The notes under the pieces: model-generated | What the model saw: the letters and a program-made list of their open reading frames with translations, nothing else | Told to the model about the DNA's origin: nothing | Databases searched by the model: none | Source: Lingula anatina | Taxonomy: Eukaryota; Animalia; Brachiopoda | Direction of reading: 5' to 3' | DNA length: 64,000 bases | Assembly (NCBI GenBank): GCA_051362555.1 | Contig: CM120641.1 | Location: forward strand, 27,410,401-27,474,400 | Shown: piece by piece, positions 1 to 10,600 of the stretch | Layout of the letters: every line of letters begins with the position of its first letter | How positions within the stretch are numbered: position 1 is the first letter of the stretch | Program-made: the position numbers and the translations under genes

Positions 1-1117
1 TTACGACTGCGGAGAGATTTACATGTTTTTCCGCAGCTACTGTGTGTGTGTCTTGTAACATGAGTTGTGTGGTTTGAAGTTTGGACATGGCTTTGATAGT
101 TAGAGCTTCCACTTCAATCACTAACCCACCTTGATACCAATGTTTTGACTTTTCTCACACAGGAACAGAGTGGTTTTATCCTAGTTCTCAAATAATGCCA
201 AATACCAATATGTTCGACACAGACTATATTTACCTAGCAGAGCATCACGATCTCCCTGACATGTCTGGCGCGAAAAAAAAAAAAAACGCGTGGCCTAGCT
301 CTCATTTTATTAACCATCCAATTTCGTGTCCTTACAGGCAGTGCAAAATTGACACTTCAAAATTGATAAATTTAAATTAACAGAGGAATTTCTGGTATGC
401 ATAAAAAAACTACCCCACCTGCAATACTTGTGTTTTTTTACCACAGACTGTTGTAAGATTATGGCAGTGTGAGGAACTTTAGGTAAGCCACCAATTTTGA
501 TGACCACCGATCCAAATTAATACTATAGACAGGCAATGCAAATAATTGAACTTGACACAACAATGCCCGGAGAACAGAGCTCTAGCATTTTCCTTATCTT
601 TTGTGATAACTGAAAGTTGTAAAAATGGATATATTGAGGAAGAAAAACACAACAAACTTTTACGCGCCAGGGTGATTCGGTGGACTCAATAAGCAAGCAT
701 TTGCAAGATGCTGCATACAAACACTTACGGAAATGATATTTGAATTTTAAGCAAATCTTATGTGGGATATTCAACATAAATAAATACATCAATGCGTATG
801 GCTACCTACTCCAATTTGCGCTACTTGTCCAGGAAATCTGTCCTGAAATTTGAACTCTGTTAATTGTGGTCAAGTGGCTGCCCTCACTGACCCAGAACGG
901 AACAGGGTAGCGAAACCAACCGACTTAGGCGCCCTCGGGGTGTCTGACCACTTACTTCAACGACCTTTTTGCTCAGAATGCCCTAATATAAAAATGTTCG
1001 ACAGACATGCTGTGCATATTCTGTTTGATAAATCGTGAACTGAGAGTATCGGTGAGCTTCTCTCGGGAAAATGAAAAATGAAATTATTTCATGCCATCCT
1101 TTTCTTCTATTTTCGCA

Positions 1118-1119
1118 GT

Positions 1120-1185
<66 letters not shown>

Positions 1186-1226
1186 AAGAGAGTAAGAGAG
1201 AGAAAGAGAGGAAAAGAGAGAGAGAG
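1118..1226. repeat. Compound microsatellite (GT)n(GA)n
   Basis: Direct reading. Confidence 0.95.
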
Positions 1227-1883
1227 TATTTAAACAAAACTTTAACACGTCGACCCTATCATAACTCATCGATGCAGTCCCAGCACGAACCACGAACCTA
1301 TTTTCTGTCAGATTCGCCGTCAACATCAAGCGAAAAGTATGGTCCCCGTGTCAACTCATCAAGTCTCAATGTCGAGGTGATAGCGAGTGATAAATAACGG
1401 GGAGTTGGGCGGAATAGCTCGACATAAGCAAACAGTGTAGGAATGAGAAAGCAATGGTTAACTCGTTTGTTCAAGATAAAGACTGGGTCCAAATCTGCCT
1501 CCTTTTTGTAATAAAGTTTACCTCAATAAATCACGGATTATCTCCCAATTATTGCCAGTCTATATAAGCTCAAAGAAATGGCGAAAAGACAGCGAATGAG
1601 GTGTTCTGAACTTAATACACAAATGACACGAACCACATGAGAGCATGTCTGCCTAATACTCGATACACAAACAGTATACGTTCTGTTTTTCTCTGACCCC
1701 AGTACGTAATCTACGACAATTTTGTCTAATAATCCAACTATATAAACCCATTGACATTTAAAGCTTATATATTTAGTGCGGCGTGTTCATGATGTACTTT
1801 TTTTAACACGTGTATTCTACATAAAGCCACTGAGGTTATAACGATAAGGATACTATTGCAGGAAAAACAAACTTTTTACTTGC

Positions 1884-2185
1884 CTTTTTTTAGAATATTC
1901 AATCGATACTGGCCAGAGGAACAGTTCCATCGCTCATATCGGAACTGAAATTGGCACTCCAGCGCCGACAGCCTCGTGGCTTCCACAAGTGTATCGGCGA
2001 CTCCTCCGTTTTTGTCCCTTTTACACATCCTTTTTTGTTTCGTGTTCAGTTTTAACATTTCGCAAATCTCCGGGTCTGTCTGCGGGCCGGCGGAATTTTT
2101 GTGGCGGGGTTGACCACTCCCGGACACCCGGTTAGAGACCCCTAAGTCCAGCTTGAACGTGAAGAGCGGCTCCGACGCGGCCAAT
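1884..2185 (-). CDS. Wnt9: Wnt9 coding exon 2; remaining exons lie beyond the left edge of the window
   Basis: Acceptor ctctccacag|. The 302-nt exon (1+300+1) encodes LAASEPLF...CEMLKLNTKQKRMCKRDKNGGVADTLVEATRLSALECQFQFRYERWNCSSGQYRLNILKKG. ECQFQFRxERWNC, KQKRMCKRDxGVAxTL and ILKKG are Wnt9-like. The donor at the conserved phase-1 position is AAG|gcaagt. Confidence 0.88.
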
Positions 2186-2546
2186 CTGTGGAGAGATGAC
2201 AGCAGATACAGTAACAGTATGCAAGGTGGAGTACTGATGGTGGTGTTGCGGGTGGCTGGTGGGGGGAGGAGGCGAAAGATTAACATCTGCGACGACTACT
2301 GGGGCACAACATACGCAACAGCAGGTTATCAGGTCCGATACTTCCTTTGAAGTGGAGGTGGTGGTGGTGGTGGTGGTAGTTGCGGTGATGATAATGGTAA
2401 TGTTGTAATATGGTGCAATAAAAACAATAGTCAGTGTCCACAGAAAAATAAATTGATAGATTCTATCAATAAAAGAGTTTTTTTTTTTTTTTATTTTTGT
2501 AATGTCAGTTTGACAGGAGGAGGAGAATACACGGCACTTTACTCAC

Positions 2547-2632
2547 CCAAAGTAGGCAATTGTCTGTGGAAAGAAGCAGAGTGCCAGCCAGAACCCGCTC
2601 AGGCCTTTAGCCAGCCATGTGCTCAGCCTCAT
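2547..2632 (-). CDS. Wnt9: Wnt9 coding exon 1 (signal peptide)
   Basis: ATG at 2632 reads MRLSTWLAKGLSGFWLALCFFPQTIAYF-G(G). This is a hydrophobic signal peptide ending in the Wnt9-type AYFG, followed by a phase-2 donor GG|gtgagt. It joins exon 2 in frame to give AYFGLAASEPL. Confidence 0.85.
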
Positions 2633-2680
2633 CCTGGTGGAAGAAGTCCCTGTCCTGGCATACTAACGGGAAAATGTCAT
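2629..2680 (-). promoter_or_regulatory. Two tandem uORFs immediately upstream of the Wnt9 start
   Basis: uORF1 is 2680-2663 (MTFSR*). After a 1-nt gap, uORF2 is 2661-2629 (MPGQGLLPPG*), and its TGA overlaps the Wnt9 ATG (ATGA). This assumes the stretch lies in the 5' UTR. Confidence 0.5.
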
Positions 2681-5600
2681 GTTCTACCGAGGCTGGTGTA
2701 TATTATCAAACACTTAATGGGCTTCGTTTTTAGCTCCGCTGACTAATTAAAAATCCAGAACGTTTCCGCGTGTTAATTCTCCAAGAATGCCGGGTTTTTG
2801 ATCCCCTACTCGGGTTCATTCACACGCTGCATTCTTTGGCGTTTCGGAAGATGGATGTTTACCCTGCCTGTTTTCAGCACGTTAACTAGACAGTGCTCTC
2901 TTCTGGGACTTTTTGCCCTTTGCCAATCAAAACTTGAAAAACGTCGCACTTCTTAAACGACAATACGTGGTGACGTAGCTCGGCCTGCCCTTTGACCGCT
3001 GACGTAGACCCTTGCCAGGCAACTCTCGAAAATCTTATCTCCAATATTTGGCAATAAACTTCACTCAGAATTATATAGCTGAATATTACCGCAACGCATG
3101 CGTTTTTGACAAGGCGATATGACAGACTACTCGAGGCCAAGCTATCTTCGTCTGGGAACGAAGCGTCTTCAGAAAAAGGTTCCTTCCAAAGGTTTTCAAC
3201 AAGGCGCAAACTTCCTGCGTTTTAGTAGGTGTATCCGGCGGGTTCTTGGAACTAAGACAACAAATATGTTGCTTTCCAACTCATCTGTCGTTTTTACTTT
3301 CCACTGCAATCCTCAATGTACATAATTAAACTCCGTGAAATTCTTCGTTCAACCACTACATGGTACCTTCCGACTGACTGACTAAGAATTGAAACTTCAA
3401 TTGATTGGTTTCGCCACGCGGTTTTAACATGCAAATGCCTCCCAAACGATTCGCTCTCTCTCCTCTCTCTCTCTCTCCTCTCGATTCTACCACGGCGGTG
3501 TGGTGTGCTCTAAACAATCTTACAAGAAATCCATCACTTCGTGACGTAGGAAGTAGCGAAGTCTTTGAACTTTTGCCGCACGGAGAAAACGGACACGGTG
3601 GTGGGCAGGTAAAGAGGAGGCACGTTACATATGCCTCTCCACTCACCACGAACGTAACTAATAAACACGGAGGGTGCACCCGCTATCGCACGCTTCCAAG
3701 TTTAGGAATATACAAGATGTGACTTTGGAACCTATGTCAAAACCTTACTTGTCCCGATTTTACATTCTTGGGCGCAATCTAGTTGTCAGATAGCAAGTCT
3801 ACAGATAATCTCTCTGGTTATTGAAGTATCATCCACATATCTTGACATGCTTTATCGACATCGGTTTTTTTTCTTGGCGAAACAGTTCAAATATTGTTAT
3901 TGTTGACAAGAAAAATATTCGATTTCGGGCTGCATTTTTTCTCTCGTTGAAGTTGACTTAATTCGAGTGAGTTGAGTTAAAACGTGTTAATGTGATAAGT
4001 GGTCATTAAATAGGAATATGCCAGCAACATATCTCATTAAATCTTTTTGATGATTACAGCAGTAATCCAGAGTTTCTCCTGATTTCAAACACAGGCGACC
4101 ACTCAGCTAAATTACCTTTAATACTTTGCTAAGCCCAGTGCGGTTCCCCTTCATATGTGAAATACCATCATTCACACTAATGGCGCGGTAATGAGGAAAC
4201 TCACCATCACTGAACAGAACACTCAACTAATTCACAAGGAAGTGGAAGCTACTTCTGTTCGTGTAATTTATCTTTACCGACATTCGTAATGCTAAATTTT
4301 CTCCCTTTTTTGTCATCTGATTCATTTTATGTCTTATACATGCGTACTGTTTTTTTTTTTATGTATTCATAGTCGAGAGCGTGCCTCCAGTTTACACCAC
4401 AACGGCTGCTCCTCCCACGCCTCTCCCTCTCCCCCCCCCCCCCCCCCCCCTCCACCAACAACCTCAAACTTAATTTTCCCTTATCAATATCGACAAAAAA
4501 GACTTAAACTAATAAAATCGGGTCAGTTGCATGGTTTATGGAGTAAAAACATCAAAACGATGACAAGTAAAATTCCGGTTGTTTAGATGTTTAGCCACTC
4601 TGTTATATAATACAACAAATTATGTCTGACTAAAATGAAGACAAAGTAGGGTTGGTCAGCACCGGTAGGATGACCATTCATCACCTGTGTCTCATGTAGG
4701 AGGCACCTGAACTTAGCACACGTAGAAGAGTCTTTTGATGTTCCCGCAATGTGTCTGCGCATAGAATGTCTCCACAGACAGGCGTTCATTGAAACAAGTA
4801 CCCCACGCCTACATCGTTTTCTTCATTCACCCCTATCGGCTTCCATTACAGTTGTACCGAATAAAGGATTATGTTACCAACCATTCAATTTGTTCGTTAA
4901 TTAATGCTTATTGCAACACTTTGACAGTTTTTCTGTGCTATCATTTTTTATGTGCTATCATATTAATCCTATGGCGGAGACCGAGAACATTTATAAGTCT
5001 CATTTTTGCACTTTTCGCATTTTCTTCACACATGCAACAGTCTCGCTTACTGATTACTTAATACACGAACCCCGGTGCAACTATTCTAATCCCCCCCTTA
5101 ATACGCAAAGTTGTTTAATCAAGACCCTAGACAAGGAAAGAGTAAAGTCAGATTCGTGTATCCAATCGATCCAACAGGGCAATTGTCGCCTTGGCTGTGA
5201 TCAAGGGCGCATAATATTAAGTTTTTCACTGGTGGACGGGTGTACACATTGCAGGTTGTTCTACACGGTGGCAAAAATTACACGCCGCACACCAAAGCAT
5301 TTTAAGAGACGTAGTGGAGCTGGACTAAAACATCTGCGGTTGACAGTTTTAAAGTATTAACTACTTCGACTAATTAATCCAACAGGAGGAATATATCAGA
5401 CGCATTTTAAGTTAACGTTGAGTCAGGCCGTGCTGAATTCGGGTATGTCGCACTCGTCCCACTCGTCTAGGAGTTATAATTTACAGCAAAAGGTGGATTG
5501 TTTCATGCCATTCAGCATTTTGCCGAGCAGAATGTCATGATCACCTCCTCCTGATGAATGCGCCGTACGGAGACCGCTACACAACGCCTATAATTTTTCA

Positions 5601-5838
5601 AGGTTGTTGAAGTGCTAATTAATCAGAATGTTGTGCCCGACATGATGGAGAACTGCGAACTCAATGACATGGGCCCGTCCATGGCGGCATGCTGACCCGA
5701 AGCACGTGAGAGTGACACAGTAATAAGATAGCTGAATAGTTTTCAGAAAAATGAAGGGCACGTTTTAACCAGTGGCTAAGCAATTAAACGGGTTCTTCTG
5801 ATAGTGAGGTGGAAAGACAGTCAGGATCACTTCCAAGG

Positions 5839-5866
5839 ACACACACACACACACACACACACACAC
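5839..5866. repeat. (AC)n microsatellite
   Basis: Direct reading. Confidence 0.9.
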
Positions 5867-6349
5867 CGAGAGCGCACCCTCACTCACATAACACGACTTC
5901 AATAGATATATGCAATAGAAAATGTGATCGATGCCCGACAGCATAAAGATCTCTATACTACATAGCTTTATTGCCAGTGTTAGGAGCTTTGGAGAGGTCA
6001 TATCTTTAACAGTTGCACAGAGATTGGACACTTAATTTTCCTTTCTTTATAATGTGTAAAGCAATAATAAAAATGCGCCTACGGTGGCCTTTGTCGAGAT
6101 ATGGTTGGGGCAGATGTAGACACCAGTAAAAGGACATTTCCTCGAGCTGCGTTTGTTCATGTGTGTTCTAGGCTATGTAAGGACGTTGAATCAAGCTTTA
6201 GAAAATGTGTTCGTAGAGTGAGGTGCGTTCCTCCGTTATTTAGCAAAAAAAAAAGGAAATAAGAAGACTCCGATGCTTGTTGAGTTCACGAAAGATTAAA
6301 ATAAACATCTGCAAAATAAAAGAATATATATTTTGACAGTTTAAAACCA

Positions 6350-6646
6350 GATTACCACCAAAAATTAATCACTTCTAAGTTAACCCATTTCTGACCTACC
6401 CTGAAAATTTCATCAAAATCGGTCCATAACTTTTTGAGTTATGTTGATGATTGATTTTTGATCACTGATTATTGATTGATTATTGATCCGGATCACCACC
6501 AAAAACTGATCATCCCTTCTTTGACCCACTTCAGAAAGTTCCTGAAAATTTCATTAAAATCGGTCCATAACTTTTTGAGTTATGTTGATGACAGACAAAC
6601 AAACAGACAAACAGGGGTGAAAACATAACCTCCTTGGCGGAGGTAA
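6350..6646. mobile_element. Non-autonomous Helentron/HINE-like element fragment with two tandem core repeats
   Basis: Two ~140-bp-spaced copies of GAT(T/C)ACCACCAAAAA...CCTGAAAATTTCAT(C/T)AAAATCGGTCCATAACTTTTTGAGTTATGTTGATG. These are followed by an ACAG/ACAA microsatellite and a terminal hairpin ACCTCC-ttggc-GGAGGT (6628-6644). Confidence 0.7.
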
Positions 6647-7551
6647 ATATGGAACTTCCTTTCAACAAACCTGTACCTCTAAATGTCTCAAAACCATGTG
6701 ACAATAATGTAAAATATCTTTATATGATTTTAGTAATATAGCAGTAGTATATTTTCTTAAGTTACTTGCACATCCATTCTACATTGACAAATTGGGCCTA
6801 TCCGTCATCTACAAACAAAATCGTTTTCTTATACATGTATAAGGAAATTAAACAAGCACACATTTTGCGTCCGTGATATAGCGACCATGCAATACACATT
6901 CTACGTATATATTATGATCGCCTGTGTCTGAAAATTTATGTATATTATGTATTTTGAAAAAACATACCTGCCACCTTGTTCAAAATTTATTTTCTCAAGC
7001 TTTAAGAATAAAAGCCATATACTGTGTATACAGTTGAAGAAACTCAAGACGTACCCATTGCAGATAATTTTATGGTCTCAGATCCCAAAATCAATCACTT
7101 TTATATGTAGGGCCTACCAATTTTTCGATGTACAGTTAATTCTATGTTTCTTTCGTATGTGTTTGGTCATAATGATATAATTCGTTATGAAAATCAACAT
7201 GGCCCTCTGACGAAGTCTCAGTATGGCGTGAATTGCGTTAGATGAGACCACCCCCATGGGCACAACCATTGGCGTATCATTCCAAAGAATTAACATTGTG
7301 CCACTGTTCTTGGAAGTCTTCAAATAAATCTCAACATAGGCCTATGTCAAATGATTCAATATTTTTTTTATTTAATTAGGAAGTTTTACTTATATCTTCA
7401 TATTAACATGCTTAAATAAAAAGTGTGTATCTCTTTAAACCTTTTCAATTTCTAAAATATGCTCCAAAAGACATATGTGAATGACAAGATGTTCTATAGT
7501 AGGCCTACCATATTGTTATGTTGTGCTATGCAGTTTTGCCTGTAACACTTA

Positions 7552-7554
<3 letters not shown>

Positions 7555-7610
<56 letters not shown>
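7555..7610. repeat. (TG)n microsatellite
   Basis: Direct reading. Confidence 0.95.
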
Positions 7611-7612
<2 letters not shown>

Positions 7613-10600
7613 TGGGAGGGGGAGGAGGGCTCTTGAAGCCTTTTCATATATACAAGTAGGCTATGTATGGCTCTGGTGGGATGGCAGAAAAGAAAAGGCT
7701 TACACTTTGTTGTTCCCTACAAAAGTTGAAAATGTCCTTTGGGGAGGGAACCCCCTTTCCGCAGCACTAATTACCATCGAAGAAAGGTAGGGCCTACTAG
7801 GCCTACTTACCATCAATTTCTGAGCATTTTATATTATCATGATCTAAACAGCCCCATGTTTTCTATAGACGTAAATATTAACAAGGAAAAAGAAACCCTT
7901 AGACCGTGTAGGCCATAATGTCATAGGCATGCTACTGTCATTACTGATTTCCTCTTCAATATAGGGCCTATACTTATCACTACCGAAAAATTATTTCTAA
8001 TTTTATAAAAGCGTCAGTGTAGCAAGTAGACATATTCTATCCATTTAAAGCCAAATTAATGGGATGAAATAATATTTGTCACTTGAGAAAGGAAAGACCG
8101 GGGACAGGGCGTTGGCATAGGCCTGCGCCCACTGGATCTCTTTGTGAATATTCCTGTTGTGTTTTAAAATGCACAGCATGTCACAGTGGCACTGCTAGAG
8201 GCACTGAGCTTTCCGTTCTTCTATGACCGGGGCGTTTATTTTTTATTTTTTATTTTTTTTTATTTTTATTTTTTTATTTATTTATTTATTTTTTTTTTTA
8301 TGGAATCTGTTCGTGCGGTGGCTGTTTCAGCGACATTTGAACTGGTTGTTTTCGTAGAATCTACATTTTTATATAAATAATGCCCCGGTGATAGGCCTAT
8401 CGTGTGCCATCGTACATGAGGTACATGTATATATTGTTATTCGATAAACACCGGCAGGGATATTTACGTTTTGGATATTTCGCGGATAAGGAGGCAGGTG
8501 CGGTGAAAGTTTTTTCATTGGAAAACAGGGGATAAGGGAACTTGGGATCACACACGCACACATGCGCGCCTGCACGCACACTCACACACACACATATACT
8601 CACAAATCCCTAATATCCAACATGGTAGATCAGACCTCCCTCTCCACGGACTAATATATCTTTTCAATCAATCAAACTCCCACATTCTTGGATATGATGG
8701 AAAGGATAAAATGCTGCCATTCGCTACTATAGTCCCATTGTATTCAGGACAAGCCACATTATATCCCAAGAGAGAACGGATATCGGCATATAATTTTATC
8801 GAGATTCTATCAAATCAAATTATACATGGAAACAGAAAATGGACTAACAAGCTCGACTTTGTTGGTATTTAGACATCAAATCAAATAAATGTTGCTCATT
8901 CTACAAGTAACCCATTTCATTTGCTTTTCTGGTTGTGCACAATAAACAAATGGTTATCATGATTGCACCTATTTTACAACCCTCAACCCACCTCCTCCCG
9001 CCATCGCCAGCGCAACACCCACACATGTATAATATGTGAACAAACCCCTACTCCAAAAGCTGGGGGGATACATTTCGAGCAGCTATTGAGACAGTTCGCG
9101 CGGCGCTTTAAAAGAGGATCAAAGCTATTCAAACAAAGATTTGACTAGATAATCAGTGAATACGCTGTTTGTTACTTCATCAGTGTAAACGCCGCGTATA
9201 CATAGTGTAATCGCAGTACAAGACCGGTAACACCGAGTCCATTGATAGAAGTATTACAAACATGTAGGTCTGTGCTACGTATAGATGCACTGGTACATAT
9301 ACATATACATATATGTACACCACACGATGGACGCACCTGAGAAGATCACGACTGTAAAAAAAGTCGAACTTCTGGAAATGCCAACTTCTTGTGTATACAC
9401 AGGTGAGTGCTAGTTGGCTCTATTGAGAAAGTGTCGTTTTTCATTATATATTCTGGTCAAACTGGGCTAAAAATTCGGTTCTAGGCCCTGTACTAGTACT
9501 GTTAATCGGGGTACCGTTAGTGAGGGCTTTTTAGGGTCATTTTCTGAGTAATATATGTATAATGTTGCGTATCATACGCCACTCAGTTTGATCATAGGTT
9601 GAAACGCAGTTATGTTCGTATATCAAAATAGACCGACGTTTATAATTGTAAACCAGTATTAAATTTTGAATTCCACCAGTCATCAGAAAACACCTAAGTT
9701 CGAAAATGCACAAGATGGTCTATAATGACAAGAGATGACACTGGAAATAATAATGATAAGAAAAATATATTTAGATACATTGCTTCAAATGAATTAATAG
9801 GGTGATCTGGCATTGAGGTAAAAGTACCATAGTGTACTTTTTATGGGGTTTTCCAAGGCAAAAAGTCGAGCTTTACACAAATCGTTGTTTATGGGAGTTG
9901 GTAACTACGGTACAATTCGTTAAATCGTTGGCAGTTACGGGGTAAGAACGAAAGACAATAAGAAGATGCTAGGGGATGAACTAGAACACCATACAAAACA
10001 TTTATCATCTGTGTATGAATTCCCCATAGCTTTTAGTTAAGAAGGGTTCTTTTTTGTCTATCTCACTTATTCGACAATCATTCGGAATCATTTAGAAAAA
10101 ATGTTAAGGGAAGGCAGCGCAGTGCCCCCCCCCCCCCCCCCCCCCCTCCAGCACACTTACACAAACACATACATAAAAAAGAGCTAAGGCTGATTTTTGG
10201 TCTATCGCCTATTAATTGCCTGAAATCCATACATTAGATATAGGCGCACATAATTCTTTTATTTATACATATATAGGGTTTTTTTTTAAGTGTTAAATAT
10301 TTTTCGTCTTATTCTTTTTCACGTTTACAGCATATTTCGAGAGAACAGCTTTTGCTAACACTTATACATTACACTGTAAAAAATTGCAAAAAAAAAAAAA
10401 AGACCTCAGAACATAAGAAAATAACACATTTAATCTTATCAACTCAGCAGTAAGATTATTTAGGCATGTGTAAGTTATCAGTTCTATCCCATTTTGTTAT
10501 CGTCATTGCATTGCGCCCGAACAGTTGTACCGGTGAGATTGTGTTAGGAGTGACTGGTTGAGACCACGTTAATTGTGATTTTGTGTGCAGACACCGAACC

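Noticed and set aside
983-1397. ORFs with THTHTH / VCVCVC / RERERE runs (also at 7518, 16745 and 23464)
   Set aside because: These are translations of dinucleotide microsatellites, with no coding signal.
2287-2291. Alternative acceptor cgcag just before the intronic ATG of Wnt9
   Set aside because: Splicing exon 1 to it gives GGA TGT TAA, an immediate stop.
5551-5600. CTGATGA cores suggestive of hammerhead ribozymes (also ~19823, ~32625, ~47571)
   Set aside because: None of those checked is followed by a stem II and GAAA in the required arrangement.
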